64,000 nucleotides of DNA, taken from the NCBI GenBank assembly GCA_002633005.1, contig NMRA01000001.1:1962933-2026932 (forward strand), in the 5' to 3' direction. This document shows positions 24,301 to 36,300 of this stretch, piece by piece. The translations under genes and the position numbers were made by a program. The DNA is from Phoronis australis. Lineage: Eukaryota > Animalia > Phoronida. The notes under the pieces are model-generated. The model had not been told where the DNA came from. It worked only from the letters and a program-made list of their open reading frames with translations, and made no database searches. Each line of letters begins with the position of its first letter. Position 1 is the stretch's first letter.

Positions 24301-27300
24301 ACATTTGAGAACTTTTTTGTTACCTGCTGAATAATGTGTTGCTGTAAGAAAGAATTGCTTTTTACACCACTTGCATTGGAATCTGCGAATCATTGTTAAT
24401 TCCAGTCCGTAAAAAAGTAATTTTAGAAAACATCACAAATTGTCCTAGTTTTGGTGTCTGAAGACAATAGCCTCAACTTAGTGGTCTTTTCAACTTCACA
24501 AGCTTTGTAAGAGTTCATGTGTATGCATTAGATTTCATTCACAGATTCCAAACTGGTTCCACTTCAAGTGTTTCTGGCGACGGGCTAAGCCAACAGTACA
24601 TACAGACATTCATGGATTTGACAGCTTGCGATGGGAAGATCAGACAAAGATCAAAGAGAACATTGCTGGCGGTGGTAGGTCTTGTCGTTGCCACACATGG
24701 TGCGAGGTCACGTGTGGTCCACATAGGGTGCGAGCTTTCATGTTGTGGTAAAAAGTAATGGTATGGAATTTCTGGGTGTTACAGAAGTAATTTTGTAATC
24801 TGAACTTTAGACTTGTCATTGTGATTATGAAAAATTCCCTCATAATCCTTTGGAAAAATTGAAATTTTTTCACACAATTGAATTTAGATATTTCTATTTA
24901 AAACACCATCTATTGGTGTGATTTATGATCTCGAGTATATTTTTCTATTGCACATGCAACAAAAGTGACAACTGTTTAGTTAGTTGTAGACTGTGAGACC
25001 TTGACCTACACTAGTGTGGAGCGGAAGCTGAATACTTTCCACATGTGTTGGCTTGTCACATTTTAAATATCACCTTACCACATAATGTTCCAAACGAAGT
25101 AGTACTTGGTAGTATTGGAATTTCTAGCATTTATACTGTCTTAAAGTAAAAATGCATACACTGGGTCGGCCAGTGAAAATAATCGTTGTTTAATGTTGTC
25201 ATTGTTTATCTTACAGGTGGCGCCGGTGGGTCTAAGTCCGGGGGTGGAGATGCCGTTGATGGTGCCATGAAAAGTGATTTCTCTACCGAGTACGCCAAGT
25301 CGAACAAAAGTAAATGTCGAGGGTGCGATGACTTTATTGAGAAGGTAAGTAACTTTGTGTGGCCTGACTGAATATAGTGTGTTGGAAGGACGTGTTACAG
25401 TAGATTTCTAGTTTAAAAGCCTGTTTACTGATTTTGCATTGGCTTCATTAAAGTTACTGGAAATTGTACAGTCTTGACTAGTTTGTCAAATTTCCAGATG
25501 CCTTACACAGTGTTGTTCCTTCATTTAATATCCTTGAAAGGCAGAATAAAGACTGAGTGCCTAGATATTAGTCTGTTAAGCAGTTGACTCCATCAGCTCC
25601 CGGTTAAGCACGAAGACAAACTGTCCTCTTGGCAAGACTAGTGTAAAGATTTGTAAAACATACATATGTCATAATTCCCCAGTTCTATAATCTATTCTGT
25701 GTTAGAATGCTTAAGTGTCAATTTGTTCTTGTTATTTTAGTTCGAAGACACTACTGCCTTGTGCAGTGACATCCATCATTTAAATTTGAAAATGTCTGAT
25801 TCTATGGAAACCAACTGCAAGCAATCATTCCTAAAACTGCATTATTGCTCTCTGGGTCACATGAGGTTCCTGTATTTCTTCTGTCGTTGAATTCCTGGTA
25901 GCGAACTCGATTTCAAGCGGCAATGAACCAGCATTCTTTTGAGGAAACTACCTTTTGATTTGGATCACTTACCACTATGAAATTGGTCTCAACTTGTTCT
26001 TTTCTCAGATGGGAAGTATTTTTGGTCTTGCAAAGAACTGACATTTCATTATAGCTCCAGGTCTCACTCAGTAAATATAGTTGTACACTGTGACATGTCA
26101 ACATGTAAAGCCTGGTCTCAAGAAACAACAAAACTGTCGGTTCTTTTGAAGCCTAGAAATCTTGTCAATTTTGAGACCAATTTCATAACTGTATAGTAGT
26201 ATCAATCAAAAATTGGTTTTCGTGATGGAATGTGGGTTTATAGGCAGTTTAAACTAGTTTTGAAGTGCTCGATTTTGCCCTTGTTCTACTTGTCAATGAC
26301 TCAGTATGTTGCTTTAAGAATTTACAATATTGGTCGTATTCCCCTTTTAAAGGGACTTTTCATTTTTGTTACCTTAAATTCAAATCTCCCTGCTAATGAT
26401 TTCCACCAACTGACTCATCGTTGAGCACAGAAAAAAAATGTTAAAAGACCTTCAATTTTGATTGGATTGAGCAACCCATCTGACTATGAGTTGCGTCATA
26501 CCAGCTATTATTGAAAATTTTGTTTTTATTCCGAGCCACCAATTCTTGCTGTCTTTCAGTCGTTCGCTGAAATCGAGGCTGTTGACTTAACCAGTTAAAT
26601 TCACTTAAAATACTCTGCCATTTATCGAGGGGAAATTAGCTCCGTCAGCAAAGTACTGGACTGACTGCAGCAGCCAACAATATCTCTTTAATTGGAGGGG
26701 GATAATTGCATTATATGTTTGTGTTTCTAGGGGTTGGTGAGACTTGGAAAGAAGGAGTACGAGAGTGAGCGAGCCAAGCTCTATGGGCCACAAACATTGT
26801 GGCATCATGTCGATTGTTTTGTCGAGAATCGCGATGAATTGGAGTTTACTAAAGACATGAGACCTGATGTGTAAGTTGTTGGCCTCGTTTTTGCGACCTT
26901 TACATTCTCGCAAGGATTTAACAGCAACAATTAAAAAAATCTGCTGGAAGGACAATCATTACTGAAAAAAGGTTTTTATTTTCTAAATTAAAAAAAAAGA
27001 AAATGTTAACGTTCTGTTTTAAAAGTCACTTATACACGGTAAGGTTTGTCGCAGGAGAGGAAACAAACTGAAGTATTTAAATTTGCTCTATGATTTGTTG
27101 GTGGGGTTTTAGGCACATAGCCTTTGAATTTTGTACGCGGAGGTAGCTTTGTCACAATTAAGAAATTGTGAAGCAAAATTTCACTGCCAGGTTATTTTGA
27201 ACTTTTAATCTTTGACGTTTTCTTCTCTGATGTTGTCTTAGATTATCCTTAAACAGTGCACAATTTTGTATACTTTCTTCAATTTTCATTAAAATACTCG

Positions 27301-30300
27301 TGCATTTTCTCAGACTTTGTTCATTAGTTTACAAATTAATTGAACAACTTTTAAATTAAATTTATGCTATTTTATTAACGGTTTCACAAGGACCTGAAGT
27401 CTTGTGGAGAGTGTGCTGTGGAAGGAAAGAATAGCAATGCTTGTCAAACACAAAACATGATTTTGTTGTTCTGAATACGTTTTTCAGAAGTGTTTCTGTA
27501 TGTATTCTATAGTTAAGAGTGGTGTTGGCGTACTAGGGCGTCTTTCTGTTTTTGTTTTCCAGCATTGTTGGCTTCAAGTCCCTCAAACTGGAAGATCGGG
27601 AAATGGTGATTTCCAAGCTGGGCAAAGGAAGGTTTGTTGGCCTTTTGCCATCAAAGCCGTTTTAATCGAGATGTTTTCACTCAACTCGCCTTATGTAGTT
27701 CCACAAGCTATAAGGTGGAGTTGCTGTGTAAAGTATTGGCTTAATTTGTTCACAGTTTTATCTTAGCTACGACAGTAAAACAATTAAATACATATATAAA
27801 ATATATTAAATATATTGTCACACGCACGCACACACACACACACACACACTGCTGCGCATGCTTTCATAAATCAATTCTCTCATTGCCGAGGTGCTAAAGT
27901 AAGCGTAAAAAACTACTCCATACTTTGAGACGCATCTGTCAGTGATGTGTGATGGGAATGGAATCTACTATCTCGGGATAGTTTTGCATTCCTGTGCTCG
28001 TGTTAACACAGGTACACATCTGTCTGCCAATACTGCCAGTCATCATCTAAAAGTCTGGTTTAGATTTGTGAATTGGCAAAACTAGTTTGGCTAGAAAGTG
28101 CTAAATGTCATTCTCTGTTGATCTATCGTTTTTCCATCGCAGTAAGAAACGACCTGCGAAAGCTGCGGCAGAACCTGCAAAGAAGTCTAAGGCGGAAAAT
28201 CCAGAAGACAAGGCGCTGATGGTAACACTGGATCTGTTTATGTTCGGTGATTGTGATTGTGTTGTAGTAGCCAGGCACGATGCTGCAGTTTTCGTGTCGT
28301 GTGCGTGACTTAAGTTATTGCATTTGCCGCGTCTCCAGCCCCAATAGATTATCTTCGTCTTGGTAAATTCTTGACATGTGTGACCAAAAGCTCACTGTGT
28401 ACTGGGAAGTGCATTCAATTTGCATGCGTCTCGTAGGATATGTGCTTGTGCATACTCTTGATAAGGTTATTTGTAGAGTATACGGGCTACCCAAACAACA
28501 CGGCTGTTACACTCTTGAACAGGATTCCTGTGTTATAAATGTGGCTCGCGGGGAGCGATGAACTCGGTTCACTGACTCATAAATACTAAGCACTGTCTGC
28601 CAAACACAGCTTGCCGACCACCAAGCATGGTGCCAGACTGGCAGACCGTAGCTTACGCATCCAAAGCGCAGCTCCCGACTCGCAAACATGGCTCAATAAC
28701 CACCCAACATGGTACATGGACATGCGCTGTGTTCCTAAGTCCAAGCACAAGTTTTTGGGCGCATGAGCCATGTTTTATGAATTCGGCTTTGTGTTTGATG
28801 TGAAGTGAACCGTGTTTTTGAATTCAGGCACGAGACTGTGAACTGCTTCGAAGGTAGGGAGTATGTTTCTGAGTGAGTGCAACGGTCGAGTTGTTTGAGT
28901 TGACGGAATTACTTGTGTGTCAAGTCAGCACGTCACATGAACCAGCTTCATGTGGGGGTTTGCAGGAAGGGTGTGCTGTGTTGCCATGGCTATGTGTAAT
29001 TGAGCTCGCGGCAGTGGATGATTTGTGTGCGGCTAGTATTAACAGCATTCGACGCTAAGCTAAATACCAAGTTGCATTTGGCGACCTGGCAAAAATCCCA
29101 GGTCACCAAAGGAAATCTGAGATGGCGAAAACTGAAAATCTCTGGCCGAAAGTCTGAAGTTTCTGATCCAGCATAACAACAGTTTGTCGACCAAAAAAAT
29201 CGACAGGCTGTAATGCCACACGTTCTCTTGCTCTCCTCCATTTCCCCCCGTAAATGCCTAAATATAGGCGTACATTCATTCTCTAACTCAATTTCTCCTG
29301 CACTGGCTCCCTGTGGTTGTGATGAAGCCTGACCCGAAACCCGTTTCTCCGTTTCAGGAACAGAGCAAGCTTCTTTGGGATTTCCGCGACAAATTGTCAG
29401 GCCAAGTGTCCAACAGTGCAATGAAGCTCCTGCTTGAGGTGAATGGACAAGATACCCCCAAGGGAGAGTCCAAGGTGGGTCAGTTATAGGCAATAAGTGT
29501 GACATTGGATTTTGAACAAGCTGCATTCTGTGTTATCATTTTGAGTTGAAAATCTGAGACACGTAATTGTACGTACTGTTTTTTTTTTCTGACAAATGCA
29601 AAATCGAAATAATGCAGTACAAAACCTGTGGTGACAGTACATGCTTGTCCCCATATAGTAATCATTCTAGTTTGTCAGCCCTGGGGCCTGGTTCATGAGT
29701 GAGTATGACAAGACAGAAATTTGGTCTTACGCTCCTATTTCACAATTGCTGAAAAATGTCTNTAGTGCCTGGGACAAACAGATACATTGCATAAACAAAC
29801 CCTGGATCATGTTTTGTGTCCCGTCGGAAGAAAATTTAAATTCGAAAACATCTTCTGAAAACGCACAAAAAAGTGTATTAGTAAAATCTACTGATTTTTA
29901 AGTGGTTTTAAAAAACAATCGGTAAACTCACCGATTTTTGTCTCATTACTTTGATACGTGTCTCTTCCGATAAGTTAGTACCTAACGTGCACACGAGCAC
30001 TCCAAATTGGAACGCTAAGTCCCGCGTGGTTGCGCTGCACGCGAAACAAGATGGCGGACGACCTTTGGAGCCTGATGACAATAGGTAACCGGACTATAGT
30101 AATCATTCTAGTTTGTCAGCCCTGGGGCCTGGTTCATGAGTGAGTATGACAAGACAGAAATTTGGTCTTACGCTCCTATTTCACAATTGCTGAAAAATGT
30201 CTACCCAAGTAACTATGAGCGCATCACAGTCTAGACATAATTTATAGAAATTTTCTCAGTAAGTACCAGTTATGCAGATGTGCTCAGATTCTTACACCTT

Positions 30301-33300
30301 TTCTCATGACAAGTGATATTTTATTATTTTTCAGAAAAAGTTGAGCTTAGGGCCACATTTCAGTCTTAAGTTTTGAGTTGAGTTTCATGAAGCAGACCTT
30401 AGGATGTATGTGTTTTGTAAACCAGACCTGTGTACCATACGCAATAAATGCGGATTCGTACGGAAATCAAGCCTCCAGTACGCAAGTACGCACAGCTAGC
30501 CAAAAATACGCAAATTCAGCAAATTCAAAATAGATTATTAATTCGTTTGTTTCTCAGTAAATATGCCGATCTGTAGTCTAAACGGACGAGGAGGAAGATT
30601 TTAAAGTTAGAAGTTAAAAAAAATATTGTAAAATCATAATTTTAGCCAAAAAGTTGAACTACAAACTCGGAAAACTTGCTTTGTTTCATTCTGGAAATAG
30701 CCTGATAATCGGCGAATTGCGAGGCCTCTTCTACCGGTATGTGTGTCACAGGCCTAACTGATAAGCAACGACTTCTGTGATTTGTGGATTGCTTACTTCG
30801 TCTAATTCCGGCTATTTACGGCTAAATACGTATTGTTGACAAAATGGCAAAGCATGTGGTCGCATATTCCGAGCTGTGAAGAAAGTAGCTTCTGAAAGAA
30901 GGGAACATCTGTTTTTTTACCGCGTTATTCCAAAGAATGACAATGTCTTATTCAAGGGACCGTGAAATTTATACTGGAAGTTGTAAGGCGTGTTGTTTTT
31001 TTGCGGAAATGGTGATCTGCACTGACTTCTTAGCATGTTGAGCTGACGATAATACTCAAGGCACAGTTGAGCCTCGAAGTCGAGGTCTTTTCGCATGCAG
31101 TACAGTGGTACGTTTTCACAGACACTTGCAATGAATAATTGTTCAAAACTTTTGTGATTGGTTTAGAAAATATCGTCTGGTGCGAAACATTGTCCAGTGC
31201 AAATTCATCAACACATATTTGCAGATATGTTTTTGTGTCAAGAAATGAGGTGTATATACATGATTAATCATTAGGTTGATCATTAGCCTAATGATTAGAC
31301 ATGTAAAGACAACTAAGTTCAGTAAGGACATTGGATTAACAGGATCTTTTCACTTAGCGCATTTTCCCTCAATCAAACGACTTAAATTATTCTGAAAATT
31401 GCGTGTATTTTAGAGGCAAGTAAGTAGGAAAACTGTCCTCGGGGGGAGGGGGGGTAATTTGAGAAACCAAAAGTTTAACTAAACAAGTCCACTAAAGAGG
31501 CAAGTATTCGGCGAAAGCTCTGAACGTTGAACAAACCCGTTGTTTTTTTCTTTTTTTTGTTAGTGAAAGGTCCACTGTGAAAATTAACCCCCCCCCCATA
31601 TTTTAGGGTAAATTTGGTCTGCACTCGAAAATCTGCAAATTTACTGAAAAATCTGCAAATCTGGTGTTCAGAGTACTCCAATGGAGTTTTGGTGGTACAC
31701 AGGTCTGTGTAAACCCATTAGGGCTAGTAGTATGTATTACTGTGTTCTCACCCTACAGCTATTGGATGCCGTGGCCGACTGCATGGCGTTTGGAGCCCTC
31801 CAGCGTTGTAAAGAGTGCAAGGAGGGTCAGTTAGTGGTCAGCAGTAGGTAAGACTATCCACTTCCACTTTGTACTCTCTTTAAGTGTTGTTACCTGGGGC
31901 CAAGACCACTAATTTATCTGAGACTTGTTTTGAAAATTGACCAATCAATTGGCACCCTTTCAGTATTTCTGATGTCACGTGTTGTCATTAGTCATTTTTG
32001 AGTTGTGTGTCAAGTTCAGTTTAGTGGTCTGGGGCGGCCTTATATATACTTAGTACTTGAAAAGTTATTTCAATTGAATTTTAAGATATGTGTTAATTGT
32101 AGCTATTGCAGTTAGAACGCAGTATAACAGGGGTGTTTACTTTCTTTGTTGTAAAAGTGTTACATACTGCTATAAATGAGTTACTTTCATTAATTGTTTC
32201 AAAAGGTTGTCTCGAGTAAGGCAGAGTGTGTGTGTTAAAATAATGAACGATGATTGTTTTCCATTAGGTCTGCTTGTTGTGATGTATAAACGATTGTTGT
32301 GGGTTATGTTTGCTTGTTGTGATGAGTAAATGATAGTTTTCTGTGTTTCATTGTTTCAGTGGTGGCTATCGTTGTTCTGGTAACATCTCCGCTTGGACGA
32401 AATGCCAGTACTTCACCAAGACGCCCAATCGGAAGGCTTTCAAGGTGCCTGCCGAGTTCCATGATGTGGACTTTTTGTAAGTTGAACCCTGCTGGATTGC
32501 TGCCACAGAGTGTGATTAAACTTGTAGTGAAAATGCCTCGTGATTTCTGTGAAGACAGTGTGGCTCAGTGGTTTGAGCTCTGTACTCCTGTGTGGGAGAC
32601 CTGGAATTGAATCCTGGCTTCACTGGCTTGCAATCAAGCATTGCACAAAAGTGCCTTCTACCCCTCTGAGCTCGGTCGTAGTCGAGAATGTATTCAAGGG
32701 AGTGAATGAGAACCCGGATATGATGGGAAAGCGATTTCTGTGGCTGTGTTTATGTTGAAAAGAAACTACTGCTTTTGAAACGAAGAGTAATGTCTTCAAA
32801 CCTGCTCAAAGTCGGTCACAAGTTGCGTGCCCAGTCAGAGAGTGGCTTTCAAAACGGTTGCTTCGATGAGGCCAGGATGCACCACTGAACACATCTTTAT
32901 TAATCCCCTTGCTGCTAATGAATTTTCTTTGTTTTGTTTAATTAAATAGTCGATGTTTAATGAACTCATTATCAGTTTTTCTTGAAATTTATGTTTGCCA
33001 TTTCTTACATTATGAATGAATTTTTTAACATTAAAAGTGCTGACCCAAGAATGATGAATGAATTTGGCTAAATTTGGAACATAATATCTCAGACATGGCT
33101 GATCGTATTCATGTGAAACTTTCAGATACTATGCTTTATGTGCTGCGCTCATAACCCTGTTCAGAATCGTTTTTAAAATGTTCTGCTCCTGCACGAGGTG
33201 CCATCAAGAAATAGAGGTTCATATGATTTTCTTGAACAATTCAAAAGTTGCATAAAATGAAAACGAATATTTCAAACAAAATTTGCTCTTATTGGTGATA

Positions 33301-36300
33301 ACCTGGTTTTGCTATGAATGTACCTTTCCTTTTTGCTAAGTTTTCCTAAATAGACATTCTTATGCGACCTAATTAATGCCAGTCGGCAAAAAGTCAAATA
33401 ATACATGCCTTCTGCTTTTAGAAAATATGTGTACATTTATCGAGTTAAAAATCTATACCTATTTAGATACTGGCTAAATACGCAGGCTTGTCAATAAGGT
33501 TTTACACTAGCTTAATGCAATATTGCTCGCAGCACAATTATAGTGACGTTAGTCATCTGGAGTATGGTACCTGATAGCTCCTACTTCAGAGAACAACAAA
33601 ATATTTGATTGAAAATAACTGTATTAGAGATGCTCTTAAATCTGAATAGCCTCAAAATTCGCACACATTGACCATTTTAATAGGATTTCCTCTTTTTTAG
33701 TTTCAATTTCCTCTTTTTTGATTTCAATTTTCCTCTCCTTTTTGTATTTTTTGACTTTATTCAAGCAAAAAGTGTTTATTTCAGTTAAATTTGCAACACA
33801 AAAAATATGTCTATCCCACAATTGTGGAACAATTCATAACCTAGAAAATTTTCCTCTTTTTGCCATTGTTCATTTCAAGCCCTGATTCTTGCCCAAAAGC
33901 ATACTACTGTGTAAGTTAACGTTATATCAGAAACCATATTAGGATAGGTGCTTCTGTTTACTTTTAGAAAGAAGTATAAATATGTCAAGCGAGAGCGACT
34001 GTTTCCTAAGGATACAGTGGTGACCTCTGCAGGACCAGTCAGCTCCGCTAGGTAAGGTATTTTGCCTTTTTCAAAGTGAAACCTATTAATCTGTAACTTG
34101 GCATCTCAGATGTTCACGTCTAATGTCTTCGTCTTTATTATCATCGGAAAGTAGACATAACAAGCATGGCTGTTTGATGGCGGAGTTCATGTAATCATCA
34201 ACTTGCTCTACAAAGCTGAAGTGAGCTGTCCTGGAAATTGAAGAGACGGACATCAGATGCTTCTGTCGCTGGTATCAACTCAAGTTTGTATACAAGAAAA
34301 GATTTCAAGTACTTGTCCTCTGCCACCTAAATATTGGTTCAAAATTTATTTCGCTCCTCGGTTTGGAATTCCCATAACTGAGTTTTGACAATGGTCAGCG
34401 ATGTGTAACGTCAATAACAGACAGGATTCAATGTGAAAGTATATCTCTGGGGTGTCCAGTAGGCTTATAGACTTGATGTTGTAGCCCTTTTATGGATTTG
34501 CACCATGGTGAACTGACAGCATGAAGAACTGGAAAAGATTTTGATATTCCTTTGTTTTTCAAATAAAGTTCACGTGTTCACTCCAATCCTGTGGTATGTT
34601 GGAATTTTTTTGCTGTTGTGTACGATGTAGCCACAACCGAAAAGCGTATTTCGAATTTGCTAAATATAAGTGGTCATGTTTTGGGGGGTTAACGTCTGAT
34701 ACATAGGATTTTGGAACCCAGGGGACATTTTTGAAATTTTTAAGTCCTTAATACTGCAGCTTGTATCTTTGCACCTCTGCTTGTCTGTCTACCACTAGTG
34801 CTAAACATAACATTTCTACAATAATTTTTTGGAATGTTTGAGTGCACCATACTTGGTTCCAACCTTCTCTGTCTTAACACTCTTATAGAACAGGCATAAG
34901 TAATTTGAAAGCTTGCCTAAGTATTTGCAAGTACTAGATGTGATCTTTTGCCCTGTTCTTCTTGTCTTGTCTGTGTACCTTTTATTATGCGCCCACATAT
35001 TTATGTATGGGCGTTTATTGTTGTTGTTTCAGTCCGGCGTCTGTTGCTGTATCTTGTAAACCCCATGCAGGATTTTAATGAGATTTAGCAGATTTGTTCC
35101 TATGAAGCTGAAGACAGATAACAACGAGTTTTGAACCGATCTGACTCCTTTTGGAATTTTTTTGATTATGTTTGCCTCTATCTTTGGAGTTCCTTGGTAG
35201 ATTTCCTAATTATTTGACAAATAGGTTTCTGACAAGGAGGCGACGGTGCCTTCTCATTCTTCAAATGGATGTGATGTATTTTGCACCTCCTAGTGGCCAA
35301 TTTTTAGTGCGATTTTGACATCTGTTTCTCTATCCAGCAAATCACCCAAAGGATCATTATGAAAATGTTCATGAGAAGACCGTGACTGACATTGATTTTC
35401 GGAGGAGTTCCTCTACTCTGGCACCCCCTAGTGGCTATATTTCTTTAACTCTTGGTAGGACCTGAAATTTGGCAGATGTGTTCCTATGGTGATGTCAGTG
35501 GGTGATTACGAGTTTCCGACCAATTCCACTGCAGCTGTGTTCTCAAGTGGCATTTTTTTACGTTTGCCTCTGTATCTGGAGTTCATGGATAGATTTTTGT
35601 GAGATTTGGCAGATAGATTTCTGTTAAGGAGACAACAATCCCTTTTCAGACGAATTTTGCTATATATTCTGCACCACACAGTGGCCATTTTTCATGTCCC
35701 CTTTTTTGGTGTCCGCCTAATTACTCAAAGGAATTACCTGCCTGTGAGTGGGTTCGCAGAAGATGTTGAGCACAAATCTTCTCGCCATAGGTACATCCGC
35801 TGAGGATAAACTGAAGGGTATAGGGGGTGATGTTTCCTATAGTGATCTGATTGTGAAGTCTTCTCAGAGAACCTTTCTGGTGGCTGGAAGCTGAATGGCC
35901 AAAGGGACCTCTAGTTGCGAAGGCTCTCACTATATTCGCCCAGCTGTTCTGTTGTGCAGAGCACAATAAGATGGTGTGCGAGCAGTTTGACATCAGGTGC
36001 ATAAAGCTTCAGTGGCACTGGTATCACTGCCTGACTGGCGAGCTGGTCAGCTTGCTTATTCACAACTCCGCCAGCATTGCCAGGGACATAGGTGGAGTGG
36101 GCAGTGTTTCTCAAGATGGGCCAGTTGGATGGGAGCAGACCAGAGCGGATCCTAGTCGGCACAACCATCAAGTCAGTGGCAAAGATGATCATTGTTGCAT
36201 CTGGGCACAACTTCGAGAGGCGTAGGAGGGCTTGTTGGACTGCCTTGAGTTCCATATGTATACTGCTCATGTAGACGTCATGGCAGCCACATCATTCTGC

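Noticed and set aside
28990-29526. 178-aa minus-strand ORF
   Set aside because: Antisense to PARP1 exon 8, no motifs, TTG start
33051-33102. C/D box snoRNA (ATGATGA...CTGA)
   Set aside because: Too short, no terminal stem, no recognisable guide
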